A stretch of 64,000 nucleotides of DNA from an uncultured SAR324 cluster bacterium (GCA_905182865.1 CAJJCY010000003.1:722238-786237), one strand, 5' to 3'; counted from the first letter of the stretch, positions 28,814 to 38,944 are shown. Numbers and translations are program-made. Notes: generated by a model from the letters alone, not told the origin.

Positions 28814-29275
28814 TTATTTCGTTTTAGCTCTGTTTACATCCGATATCAAAAAATAGTAAGAATCATGACTGAGAAAAATATAAATAATTCTGAATAGGAA
28901 AAAGTTAAAAACTGGACTTTTGTAAAATGGGGTGTGTTTTATTTCAGTCAAGCTGATACCAGAACTTGAATTCCCAAAAAGATTGCTAAAATACTCAGAC
29001 AAAAGTTTTGTTCCTTTGACTCGGCTGTTCAGGATACGGTTTTTCTTTGTTTTACTCCAACGACCGTCTGCAATGTTTTCACCTGCCAAATGAACAACTG
29101 CATAGATTTACCCAACCCGAGCTAAATCCTTTAAACAATTTTCTGGATCCCAAACAGATGAGTCAGGGTCATTATTCTGGCGCTGCAAACCTATCGCAGA
29201 ATAACCTCCGGCAGTCAGGGACTTTGACAATGGAATTCCGATTAATCTGGATGATCCTGTGATAAGGACTTTCAT
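28814..29275 (-). pseudogene. Remnant of an SDR39U1/YfcH-like epimerase-family gene (in-frame TAA plus 3' truncation)
   Basis: MKVLITGSSRLIG... (ATG at 29275) runs to ...LARVG, then TAA at 29108-29110. The same frame continues IYAVVHLAGENIADGRWSKTKKNRILNSRVKGTKLL, typical of YfcH. Similarity then ends and the ORF drifts into low-complexity sequence. Confidence 0.65.
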
Positions 29276-29291
29276 CAGAACCGGGCCATTG

Positions 29292-29972
29292 TCAAATGGA
29301 TTCAGCGAATTTGGGCAGTCCCCAATATTCTGGATCAAAGTCTTTCAGCGAAGAAATTATTTGAGATGCATTTTTGTAGTTACTATGATGCATATTGGGA
29401 TCAGGCACAACAACCACGGACATTCCTGCCGCTAATGCGGCTTCGGTTCCGGTAGGTGCGTCTTCAAAAACCAGACATTCCGCAGGATCAACCCCAAGTC
29501 GTTTTGCTGCAAGCAGGAATATATCAGGAGCAGGCTTACCTTCTTTCAATTCAGGGTCATCTCCCCTGACAATTTGTGTGAATTGCGAAAACCATTTTTT
29601 ATGTTTTTCAAATTTTGCTTCAAACATGGGCGAGGAGGAACTGGTGGCAATGGCTTGTGGAATCCCCAATTTGAAAAAATGAGTGGTCATCTCTTTTGCA
29701 CCGGGTAAGGCCTCAGTATCTTTAAATTTTTCCAGCAAAACGTCTTTTCTTGAGTCCAGGTAATCTTGCGGACTAATTGGCAAGTCCAGACTTTCAACTA
29801 TAATTTCTGCGGCCTGAATAGATCTACGGCCAATAATCTTTTCCTTAACGGACCAATCGAAAACCTTTCCGTATTCACCTACAATTTGCTGGGTTACTTC
29901 GGTGTATATGCCTTCTGTATCCAAGAGGAGGCCGTCCATATCATATATCAAACAGGAAATATTTGGAGACAT
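29292..29972 (-). CDS. HAD-superfamily hydrolase (subfamily IA, beta-phosphoglucomutase/phosphatase-like)
   Basis: Motif I IYDMDGLLLDTE, motif II ATSS, motif III K and motif IV FEDAPTG. Confidence 0.85.
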   Translation of the reverse strand: MSPNISCLIYDMDGLLLDTEGIYTEVTQQIVGEYGKVFDWSVKEKIIGRRSIQAAEIIVESLDLPISPQDYLDSRKDVLLEKFKDTEALPGAKEMTTHFFKLGIPQAIATSSSSPMFEAKFEKHKKWFSQFTQIVRGDDPELKEGKPAPDIFLLAAKRLGVDPAECLVFEDAPTGTEAALAAGMSVVVVPDPNMHHSNYKNASQIISSLKDFDPEYWGLPKFAESI

Positions 29973-30201
29973 TGTTTTATGTTTAAAATGTAAGTGATAA
30001 AATTGAGAAAGGAAGATTTACATAAGAGAGTCTTAACTCTGCAGTAACGAAAATTTGCTAGTCATCCCGAACGAATGTGAGGAATCTTGCACGATATAAG
30101 TATTTTATCAGATCTCTCCCTTCGGTCAAAAAAACAAGATGTAGTCAATAATATTAGTATCTTACGAGAACTAGTGACTCACAAGGTCTTAAGTGCTGTT
30201 A

Positions 30202-30939
30202 TTAAAAAAGTTCCGGGACATATTTTAGCAAATCGACAGTGTATTTTTCTCCATTACTTAATTTGTAGCTGACAGAATTTTCATCTTCCCAAACCAGTTT
30301 CAGGCTATAATTTGCGTCCTGAATTAGGAAATTATTAATACTTTTAGAATCGCCAAGTTTTCGATTAATAACATGAAGCCTGAAGGAGTAAAGCCTGGTT
30401 TTTATTTCCTGTCCGCTTGCATTGAGACGTATGACTTCTTTTGAGTCGGCTATATGATAAAATATAACATGAGTTGCAGCAGAAGTTACTCCGGATCCGG
30501 TCCGTAGGTAAGGTAATATGGGTTGAATATCATTCTGAAATATTCTAAAAATTCTTTTAAGTCCGGTAATGTTGTTTGAATACTGGTAAAATTCCTGGTC
30601 AATCTGCCAAAAACGTGCGTCTCTGTCTACCTCATTTTTTACAATGTTAAGCCCCAAAACTCCATTTTGATCTCGAAAGAGGTATACGTGGCTTTCAGTA
30701 CTTTTAATGTTAACAATTTTAAGAATCACACGTTGGGAATGTGAGTCTAAAAGCTTCTTTTCTAGATAAATCCCGTTACCAATCCTGTTCTCAGGAAAGA
30801 TTTGATATGGTGATAGATCTATTACTCCCCTGTGAGTAGAATCTCTTAAATAACTTTCAACGGCCCAAATTACATTCGTAGAAAATATCCACAAAAGCCC
30901 GGAACAAACAATAAAAAAATATTTTTTACAATTAAACAT
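30202..30939 (-). CDS. Hypothetical secreted or membrane-anchored protein, 245 aa
   Basis: N-terminal hydrophobic segment FFIVCSGLLWIFSTNVIWA. No family recognised. Confidence 0.55.
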   Translation of the reverse strand: MFNCKKYFFIVCSGLLWIFSTNVIWAVESYLRDSTHRGVIDLSPYQIFPENRIGNGIYLEKKLLDSHSQRVILKIVNIKSTESHVYLFRDQNGVLGLNIVKNEVDRDARFWQIDQEFYQYSNNITGLKRIFRIFQNDIQPILPYLRTGSGVTSAATHVIFYHIADSKEVIRLNASGQEIKTRLYSFRLHVINRKLGDSKSINNFLIQDANYSLKLVWEDENSVSYKLSNGEKYTVDLLKYVPELF

Positions 30940-31519
30940 AGATCATTCTGGCTGTCTCAATTCTATCTTTTACTGATGACTTATTAAGTTGGGTTTATTG
31001 AAAAGTTTTAATTTAATCATCCCATACTTGATTCCGGATACTGCTCTCTTCTCATGTTGAAAACAGGATTTTGAAGCTGTATCCAAATTGGTATATACTT
31101 TATGCTCCGCACCAAACAGTGTCAATAAAACTAAATTGAAAGCGTAAATCAAGGTAAGCTTTCCCGAATTTAATATTTCATTCTACAAAAAAACATCTTT
31201 TGTAGCACATTGATTATAGCAAACTTTTTTACTGAAGCCAGTGAAATATTTCCAGTGGAACTTGAGTCCTTTCCATGTTGATATTAGAATAAACATATCA
31301 AGCAGTTTGAACTGTTTTAATAATTGCACACGCAAATCAATAATTCTTCAAATCATAACCCACAAAACATTAATTTCAAGATTTTTTAAAGCCTCTTCAC
31401 AACCTGTTTTTTTAATTTCTGAGATCAACTGTATTCTTGGACTCACTGGAGTTACACATCTTTTTTAGGGGAACATCTTACTTAAAATACAATAAATTAT
31501 ATAAACCACCACATTAAAA

Positions 31520-33476
31520 ATGGATTCTAATAAATCTGCAGCACTTTCCTCCCGCCCTTTTGTTATCGGAACCAGTGGACATGTTGACCATGGAAAAACT
31601 ACTTTAACTGCAGCCCTTACTAAGACAAGAAACAGATCGACTGGCAGAAGAAAAAAAACGTGGCTTAACAATAAATCTTGGATACACCTATTACGAATAT
31701 AAAGATCAAATAACCTCAATTGTCGACGTTCCAGGACATGAAAAATTTATTCACAATATGCTGGCTGGTGTGGCAGGATTGGATGCAGTTTTACTCGTTG
31801 TAGCTGCAGATGAAGGGGTGATGCCACAAACACGTGAACATCTGAATATCTGTAATCTGTTGAAAATTCAAACAGGTTTGGTGGTACTCACAAGAATTGA
31901 TTTGGTGGAAGAAGAAGAAATGGTCGAACTCTGTCGTGAGGAAGTTTCAGAATTGCTGAAAGGAACATTTCTTGAGGGGGCCCCGATTTTATCTGTCTCT
32001 CCAGTGACGGGTGAAGGAATGGATGAACTCTGTAAGACTCTGTCAAAACTACCGAAACAAATACAACATCCGGCAACAGAAAAACCGTTCAGGCTTCATG
32101 TTGATCGTTCTTTCACGTTAAAGGGCTTTGGCACAGTAGTCACGGGAACTGTGCTCAGCGGAACCGTTAGACAAGATGAGGAAATACTTCAATATCCACA
32201 ACGGCGTAACGTACGTATTCGAGGATTGCAGAATCACGGCCAGGAAGTCAAAGAGATTAATGCAGGACAGAGGTCCGCCCTGAATTTAGCAGGAATCGCC
32301 AAAGAAAAAATTCGGCGTGGTGACCAGTTGGCGCATCCGGAATCTTTACTGAACAGTTATTTGCTTAATGTGTTATTGACTCTGTTAGAAGACGTTTTAG
32401 CCCCACTGAAAAACAGGACCCGTGTTCGCGTTCATCTTGGCAGCAAGGTAGTTTTTGGACGAATTGCTTTGTTGGAAGGTGAAACTTTGTCTCCTGGAAA
32501 AACAGCGCTGGTTCAATTACGTTTGGAAAGTTTGGTAAGCGGTAGTTATGGAGACCGATTTATCGTCCGGAGTTATTCACCAATGATTACCTTAGGTGGA
32601 GGAATGGTGATTGACCCTTCGCCCAGTAAATCCAGGAGATTAAAGCACGAACTGACTGAACGGCTGGAACGTCTTCATGTTGGTGATGAAAATATTCGAT
32701 CTGAAGAAGTGATCTATTTACAGTCTGTTCGAGGAGTAACTGAGTCTGAATTTATGATTCGTACCGGCCTTTCCAGCAGGCAGTCCGGAAAAGCTTTGCA
32801 GCTTTTGCAAAGTCAGCAGAAAGTGCTTTGTGTTGAGTCTCTCACAGGACGTTATCTGCATGTGGAGCATATTGTGCGAATCGGAAAATTTTTGAGCAAA
32901 GTGTTGGAGCAGCATCACAAAAAATTCCCTGATCGTGATGGGATGACCCGTTCTGAACTTGGAGGTAAACTTTCCTTGATATTTACAGAAAAAGAGGTTG
33001 AAAAACTGCTAAGATATCTTGTGAAGGTTGGTCTGTTTACACAAAATGATCATTATATTTCCTTAGCAGAACATCAGCCGGAGGCATCACAAAGCAGGGA
33101 AGACATTCTTGCACGCTGCCTTGAATTGATTAGGTCCGGTGGTTTTCAACCTTTACGCCGTACACATTTACTCCAGGAACTGGGTTTAAACGAAAAGGAT
33201 GGAATGACATTACTCAAATCTGCAGCACATTCAAAACGACTTGTACGGGTTGCAGAGGATTTACACTATATTCCAGAACAAATTGCATCAATTATAGAAA
33301 GTCTGCGGTTTTATTTTAGTGAAAATCCAAACATTACTGTAATCCAATTCAAAGAATTACTAAACATTTCTCGCAAACATGCAATTGATTTGTTAGAGTA
33401 TTTTGACAGTCAACAGCTCACAATTCGGGAAGATAACCACCGAATTCCGGCTAGAATTACAGCTTTAAACAATTAA
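31520..33476 (+). pseudogene. selB: Selenocysteine-specific elongation factor SelB, one frameshift in the G domain
   Basis: N-terminal fragment GTSGHVDHGKTTLTAALT (31520..). ORF 31758..33476 carries the rest of the GTPase, beta-barrel domains and C-terminal winged helices. The correct frame reads QETDRLAEEKKRGLTINLGYTYYEY..DVPGHEKF from about 31626, with one extra base at about 31622-31626. Confidence 0.85.
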
Positions 33477-33493
33477 AGAAAACGGCATACAAA

Positions 33494-34360
33494 GTGTTTT
33501 TACTTCAAGTTATAATTTCCCCAATTTTACTTGTCACTTTACTGAGCGTGTGGAACTTTCAAACAGGAACTGTAACAGCTCATGCCCAAAGTTTGCTGAG
33601 TGACAGCGAGTGGTTTGAGGAAAATAAGGATGTTTTCGGCAATCAGGAGCTTACTTTGCAAAATATTCCGTTGAGACCTTCTGACTTGTCCTCCACTCCT
33701 ACAGTCCTGCCGGAATCGTTCCTAATTCCTCTTGAAACAGGCAGACAATATATTTCAACAGTTCATCAAAAACCTGCCCTGCCTTTGATAGAACAGAAAG
33801 ATCAAAGCGAAAATCCTTCAGGTTCTTTTTTAAGCAGACTTTTTCCCTGGTTTAGCAGTACAGAGCAATCTAAATCCACTAACCTGGATACTGCTTCAGA
33901 AATGGATAATGCAGAAACTATGGTGGAGTGGGCTGATTCAGAATTTGCGGGAATAAAAATGCTGATAACAGAAATTGAAAGGTTACTCATATCAGACCCT
34001 GTAGCTGCCATGGGAATATACGAGGAAATAGAAGATCAGTTGGAGATTGATGAGCGTACACGGCTGAAAGTACAATTGCTTTATTATTTGAAAAAGTGGT
34101 CTTCTGCAGAGCAGTTAGCAGAAGTATTTTTGAGCGAACGTCCAGAAAGTAAAATGGCCTCTTTGATGTTTTATTTTTTGAACAAATCACTGATGGCTCA
34201 GTATAAACCTCTCAGTCAAAATTTGATTTTCAGGAAACGTGCAGTGGAGACTCTGGAAGCAACATTCCGAAGTGATTTTTTGTTCATTCTCAGTAACGAA
34301 GCATTTCTTGAAGGCGATCTTTTAACTGCAATTCAATATCGATTGTTTCTTTATCTCTAA
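33494..34360 (+). CDS. Secreted helical (TPR-like) protein; possibly the N-terminal part of the next gene
   Basis: GTG start and signal peptide (..VTAHAQS), helical C-terminal half. The frame of the next ORF is open from about 34325, so a single indel would fuse the two. Confidence 0.5.
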   Translation: MFLLQVIISPILLVTLLSVWNFQTGTVTAHAQSLLSDSEWFEENKDVFGNQELTLQNIPLRPSDLSSTPTVLPESFLIPLETGRQYISTVHQKPALPLIEQKDQSENPSGSFLSRLFPWFSSTEQSKSTNLDTASEMDNAETMVEWADSEFAGIKMLITEIERLLISDPVAAMGIYEEIEDQLEIDERTRLKVQLLYYLKKWSSAEQLAEVFLSERPESKMASLMFYFLNKSLMAQYKPLSQNLIFRKRAVETLEATFRSDFLFILSNEAFLEGDLLTAIQYRLFLYL

Positions 34361-34382
34361 CAGGGTCAATTGTATTTTCTAC

Positions 34383-35885
34383 ATGAATTATATTGGTGGA
34401 TATGCTTCAAACTTTACAGGATCATACACTCCACACGACACGTCAAATAATAAGAATGTTAAATGGCTGCAGAAAAAAATCTTCATAATGGAATTGGAAC
34501 TTCTGGCTAAACTTAAACGTTACCGTGATGCATTGGAAATTTTAGAGGAAAGAATGCCTGCTGCTAGGGTAATAGGAGATCAGGAAGAGATTGAAGTTTT
34601 AAAGCAAATACAGATTAGCTATACAAATGCTTTGAACGTCAATCCTCGCCGAATTGGGGTAATACTTCCTTTGAGCAGTTCCAGTGTAAAAGTTTCCCGA
34701 TTGGCACAACAAGCTATGAATGGTTTGTGGCTGGCACTTCATGCAAACGGAATTACTGCAGTGCCAGAAAAAATGGGTTCCGAGGAGGATTCGCAAGAAA
34801 ATGAAATAACCGGCAAATCAGAAGATAAAGACAATGCTCTGGCGGAATCTTATTCTAGTAAATTTGAAGATTCTTGGGAACTTGTGGTACGTGATTCACA
34901 GTTGAATCCGGAAATAACCAAAAGCTTGGTACGTGAATTGGTGGAGACGGAAAGGGTGATTGCCATCATTGGACCTCTTGCCCGGAAAACATCAGAGGCT
35001 GCTGCAGAAGAAGCTGAGCGTTTGCGGGTTCCTTTAATTTCTCTTTCTTTGACAGAAAGTATTCCGGAACTTGGTGAATTTATATTTCGTAATAATCAAA
35101 GCTGGAAACAGGAAATCCAAGAATTGTTGGAATATGCAACGAGTGAGCTCCAGGCTTGCCGTTTCCTGATACTTTATGCAAAAACACGGGAAGGTCGACA
35201 AAAAATGAGACTATTTTGGGATGCTGCAGTTCTGAAGGGATGCAAAGTAGTTGCAGTTGAAGGTTTTAAGGATGAAGGTCAAAAAAGTCTTGTGAACGAA
35301 TTCGATACTTTCACAGGCAAAATAAGACGTTTGGGTACAGAAGACAAAATAATTTTGAAGGAACTTAAAGAGAAGGAAGTGCCGATTCACAACTTTGATG
35401 CCGTTTTTGTAGCAGTTGGTTCGGGTGGTGTAAAAAATTTAAGTCTCATCTTTCCATACAGTGAAGTGTACAAAATGAGAAAAACGACTTTTCTTGGAGA
35501 TAGTGGTTGGAATGATCCAGCCCTGCCGTATGCTCTGGGATTTCGAGGAGTGAAAAACCCCGTATTTGTGGACAGTTTTTTTCCGCAAAGTAAAACACCG
35601 GCCATGCAGCAACTGTTAAGGTTGCATGAACGGATTTTATATCGGCATCAAAATTATATTGGTCCTACAGCTTATACTGCTTTTGCCTATGATACGCTGA
35701 TAATCTTGATGCGGTTGCTTGAAGACGAGCAAAATCAAAGCCACCGCGATCTGCGGGATGCCTTGTTAAATATGCAGATGTATCCCGGTGTTACCGGCAA
35801 TTTAAGTTTCGATGAAAAGGGTAAAGTTGAACGTAAAATGCAGCTGTTGACTTTGCGGAGGGGAAAAATTCACCCTTTGAATTAA
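34383..35885 (+). CDS. Periplasmic-binding-protein type 1 domain protein (LivJ/LppC-LpoA-like)
   Basis: IGVILPLSSSS, VIAIIGPLARKTSEAAAEEAERLRVPLISLS and a C-terminal PGVTGNLSFDEKG motif, all typical of the Leu/Ile/Val-binding/LppC fold. Confidence 0.65.
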   Translation: MNYIGGYASNFTGSYTPHDTSNNKNVKWLQKKIFIMELELLAKLKRYRDALEILEERMPAARVIGDQEEIEVLKQIQISYTNALNVNPRRIGVILPLSSSSVKVSRLAQQAMNGLWLALHANGITAVPEKMGSEEDSQENEITGKSEDKDNALAESYSSKFEDSWELVVRDSQLNPEITKSLVRELVETERVIAIIGPLARKTSEAAAEEAERLRVPLISLSLTESIPELGEFIFRNNQSWKQEIQELLEYATSELQACRFLILYAKTREGRQKMRLFWDAAVLKGCKVVAVEGFKDEGQKSLVNEFDTFTGKIRRLGTEDKIILKELKEKEVPIHNFDAVFVAVGSGGVKNLSLIFPYSEVYKMRKTTFLGDSGWNDPALPYALGFRGVKNPVFVDSFFPQSKTPAMQQLLRLHERILYRHQNYIGPTAYTAFAYDTLIILMRLLEDEQNQSHRDLRDALLNMQMYPGVTGNLSFDEKGKVERKMQLLTLRRGKIHPLN

Positions 35886-35909
35886 TAGTATTATGAGGCT
35901 GAATATGTC

Positions 35910-35932
35910 CAGGCAGCAGATTTCACTGCCTG
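35910..35932. terminator. Hairpin between convergent genes (CAGGCAG-N9-CTGCCTG)
   Basis: 7-bp perfect stem at 35910-35916 / 35926-35932 in the 59-bp convergent gap. No clear U-tract on either strand. Confidence 0.25.
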
Positions 35933-35944
35933 ATTAAGTCCTGA

Positions 35945-36412
35945 CTATTTTACAAAAAGTGATTCAAGGTCCTTAAATGGAACTTGTTCAGGCTTCACAT
36001 TTTGCTGCGGTTCATTGGTATTTCCCGTTTTACCGGCGTCGCCTATTGCAGATTCTGTATAAGAATCATTGGGTCCACCAATCATCAAGTCATCCTCTTT
36101 TTTCTCAAGGCGCTTTTCTGGTCGTATTTCTGCTTGAAAGTTACGCTTTGACTGTGCTTTCATAAGAATTTTTTGTTCTTCCAGCGGCTCTTCAACCAAA
36201 TCTGCAACTTGCCGCAAACGATAACTATATTGACGACTAACCTCTAAAAGACGTCCGCCGGGAATGCACTCCGGACTGTCCTGGAATGTCCCAAAATCGT
36301 CTACTATGACTGCGTGTTTTAGAGCTTCAGGACCCAAATAAACTAAAATACAGGAGTTTTCAGGATCTGACACTTCCTCTTCCTCATGAGTTTCAAATTT
36401 TAACCATTTCAT
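35945..36412 (-). CDS. Hypothetical acidic protein, 155 aa
   Basis: ORF with an ATG start. No recognisable motifs. Confidence 0.45.
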   Translation of the reverse strand: MKWLKFETHEEEEVSDPENSCILVYLGPEALKHAVIVDDFGTFQDSPECIPGGRLLEVSRQYSYRLRQVADLVEEPLEEQKILMKAQSKRNFQAEIRPEKRLEKKEDDLMIGGPNDSYTESAIGDAGKTGNTNEPQQNVKPEQVPFKDLESLFVK

Positions 36413-36663
36413 ATTTGCCTCCTAATAACTTAAATATTGTTAAATCATTGAATAAATACTGCGAAAAACATGCCATTCACTGTGGATTATTAGAACATTA
36501 TACTCAGGAATATTGAAAAACTTAGCAGGATGTGGATCCGCGGATTAATGTTAAAATATCATTAATAATTACAGTTATATATATTTAGTAATAACGGTTT
36601 ATACAATTTTTCTTAATCAAGTTCACCTAACAGGAATTGGATATTGCTTTCTGGTATTCAGAG

Positions 36664-36680
36664 AATAAATCTGATTTATT
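36664..36680. promoter_or_regulatory. Perfect 8-1-8 palindrome AATAAATC-T-GATTTATT, candidate ArsR-family operator
   Basis: Read directly. Centre lies 52 bp upstream of the ArsR-family ATG (36724). Confidence 0.4.
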
Positions 36681-36723
36681 TATATTTGTATATTAAGATA
36701 TTTACTAATGAAAAGGGGAGACC

Positions 36724-37161
36724 ATGAAAACTTCAGCAAGTATAAACGGAATATTAAAACGTGAGCTCGAACAACTATTTGGCCAGCAGGATGCAAATAT
36801 TGAAACTGCAGCACAGTGTTTAAAGGTTATGTCTCATCCTGCCCGCCTGCGTATTTTGTGTGCCTTACGCGAGGGAGAACAAACAGTCCAGAACCTGGAA
36901 TACTACACTGGAATTAAACAGTCGACTCTGTCACTGCACTTAGCTTTGTTGAAAAGTCGAGTCGTTTTAGTTTTACGACGTGAAACAACCTACTCTTTTT
37001 ACAGTTTATCCAAAGATCAAATTATACAATTATTCGATTTACCAAAGCCTAAACGCATTGATTCGACTGATCCTCAGGATCTTCAATGTGGTTTTTCACT
37101 GGAACTTGGCCATGTAAATGAAGATAATTTTACTATGCATGATTTTTATCAGTTGCTGTGA
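36724..37161 (+). CDS. ArsR/SmtB-family transcriptional regulator with a 40-aa C-terminal extension
   Basis: LKVMSHPARLRILCALREGEQTVQNLEYYTGIKQSTLSLHLALLKS forms the winged HTH. GGGGAG lies upstream of the ATG. Confidence 0.85.
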   Translation: MKTSASINGILKRELEQLFGQQDANIETAAQCLKVMSHPARLRILCALREGEQTVQNLEYYTGIKQSTLSLHLALLKSRVVLVLRRETTYSFYSLSKDQIIQLFDLPKPKRIDSTDPQDLQCGFSLELGHVNEDNFTMHDFYQLL

Positions 37162-37438
37162 TAATCTAAAATCTACAGAGAGGGTAATTGATGTACGGCC
37201 GCCCAACGAGTATTCACAAGGTCATGTCCCCGGTAGTTTAAATATTCCCATGGGTAACGAACAGTCGTTTCTTGAAGAGCTCAGTAGTTATCAAAAAATA
37301 TTTGTACATTGCCACGCTGGACGCAGGGCACAAACTGTTTACTCAATGCTTGGAATGCAGGGTTTGGAAAATGGTGTCTGTATCAACAGTTCCGGAATGG
37401 CAGACTGGACGATAGCAGACTTTCCTGTGGAACGGTAA
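37118..37438 (+). CDS. Single-domain rhodanese (sulfurtransferase); the true N-terminus probably lies in the ArsR frame
   Basis: RVIDVRPPNEYSQGHVPGSLNIP and active-site loop CHAGRRA. The last residues of the ArsR ORF (FTMHDFYQLL) look like the missing rhodanese N-terminal helix. Confidence 0.8.
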   Translation: MKIILLCMIFISCCDNLKSTERVIDVRPPNEYSQGHVPGSLNIPMGNEQSFLEELSSYQKIFVHCHAGRRAQTVYSMLGMQGLENGVCINSSGMADWTIADFPVER

Positions 37439-37451
37439 GGGAGCACCCTCA

Positions 37452-38393
37452 ATGAAAAAGAGTATCCTGGTCAAATTCAGTTTAATTCCCTCTTTGCTAC
37501 TTATCCCAACTATACTTTGGGCCGCTTCTACTGAAATATCTGGAATGCCATGGTGGGGCTGGCCGACAGCCTTATTTTTCACAACCTTTTTCATGGGTGT
37601 TTTCGGTGTAATGGCCGGAATTGGCGGCGGTGTTTTGTTTGTCCCTCTGGTTAGTGGTTTTTTCCCGTTTCACATCGACTTTGTCCGTGGTGCAGGCTTG
37701 TTTATTGCCCTCGGCAGTTCACTTGCTGCTGCTCCACATTTACTGGAAAAAAACCTAGCTAGTTTGAAGCTTGCGCTACCGACTGCGTTGATTGCTTCAC
37801 TCTTTGCAATTGTAGGGGCATTTCTGGGACTTTGGCTTTCTGCACTGAATCCGGTATATATTCACGGGAGCCTGGGTCTAACCATTATCGCTATTGTTTT
37901 CATCATGCTGTTTGCAAAAAACACGGAGAACCTCGAAGTGAGCAGGGGAAACAAATTGACCGAGCTTTTGCAAATCAATGGTATTTACACCGAAGAAACT
38001 ACGGGCAAAGAAGTTAGTTGGACTGTTCACCACACAAAGAGAGGTATGTTCGGTTTTGTGGTCGTCGGTTTGCTGGCAGGTTTTTTTGGATTGGGTGCAG
38101 GCTGGGCTAATGTCCCCATTTTGAATTTGTTGATGGGAGCACCTGTAAAAGTCGCAGTTGCTACAAGCAGTTTTGCGCTTTCAATTACGGACAGCACAGC
38201 GGCCTGGATTTACATGAATAAAGGAGCAGTTTTGCCAATAATAGTTGTTCCATCAATGGTCGGTATCATGCTGGGGGCAAGAATAGGTTCAAAGTTGTTG
38301 CCAAAAGTCAAACCAACTGTAATTCGTTACATCGTCATCACAGTTCTTCTTTTGGCAGGAGTACGTTCCCTGTTGAAAGCTTTTGGTATTTAA
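37452..38393 (+). CDS. TauE/SafE-family (DUF81) anion exporter
   Basis: 313 aa, polytopic. Gly-rich TM helices GIGGGVLFVPL and GLGAGWANVPILNLL, typical of the family. Confidence 0.75.
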   Translation: MKKSILVKFSLIPSLLLIPTILWAASTEISGMPWWGWPTALFFTTFFMGVFGVMAGIGGGVLFVPLVSGFFPFHIDFVRGAGLFIALGSSLAAAPHLLEKNLASLKLALPTALIASLFAIVGAFLGLWLSALNPVYIHGSLGLTIIAIVFIMLFAKNTENLEVSRGNKLTELLQINGIYTEETTGKEVSWTVHHTKRGMFGFVVVGLLAGFFGLGAGWANVPILNLLMGAPVKVAVATSSFALSITDSTAAWIYMNKGAVLPIIVVPSMVGIMLGARIGSKLLPKVKPTVIRYIVITVLLLAGVRSLLKAFGI

Positions 38394-38412
38394 TCACAAA
38401 CTTGGAGAACTA

Positions 38413-38832
38413 ATGGAAAAATATATCGTTTTTGAAAATGCTCCAGAGCAGCATATATACGCAAAAATTATATATCACATAAGTAATTTGGGTTTGCTTA
38501 CTATGATTATGGGATTCATTTTGTATATTTTTGGAGTACTGACTCCGCTCGTTCCGTTGGAAGAATTGCCTAAGTACTGGTCATTATCTTTAACGCAGTT
38601 TCTGGAAAAAACCGGAGCCCCTACCGGCTGGCGATGGACAGCAATGTTAGGTTATGGTGATGTAATACCGTTTATAGGGGTTACCATTTTGGCCTCCGTT
38701 ACTTTTGTTTGTTTTCTAGCTTTGTTGTTTAGATTTCTGCAAAGAGGAGCCAAAGTACTGGCATTTATTGTGGCAATGGAGTTGTTCTTCATTCTTATCT
38801 CCGCCTCTAATCTTATCCAGATTTCCCACTGA
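38413..38832 (+). CDS. Small multi-TM membrane protein (DUF1634-like partner of TauE/SafE)
   Basis: ATG at 38413 is preceded by GGAGAA; the track start 38383 is TTG. Three hydrophobic helices. DUF1634 genes commonly follow DUF81 genes (recollection). Confidence 0.5.
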   Translation: MEKYIVFENAPEQHIYAKIIYHISNLGLLTMIMGFILYIFGVLTPLVPLEELPKYWSLSLTQFLEKTGAPTGWRWTAMLGYGDVIPFIGVTILASVTFVCFLALLFRFLQRGAKVLAFIVAMELFFILISASNLIQISH

Positions 38833-38944
38833 AATCTCTCGAATTGAAGACTTATCTTCTTCCACTGGCATTAGCCCAGAAAATCCCTGCCTAAATCAAG
38901 AAGTCCAAAAATAAAGCTGATACCTCACTAAGAAGTGTTGCAGA

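Noticed and set aside
30940-31519. Search for tRNA-Sec (selC) or a SECIS-bearing gene next to selB; track ORFs 30970..31152 and 31241..31468
   Set aside because: The gap is very AT-rich with no GC-rich cloverleaf and no UCA anticodon-loop context. The only hairpin is an AT-only 8-bp stem (31183-31205). The two ORFs have no start context or protein-like composition.
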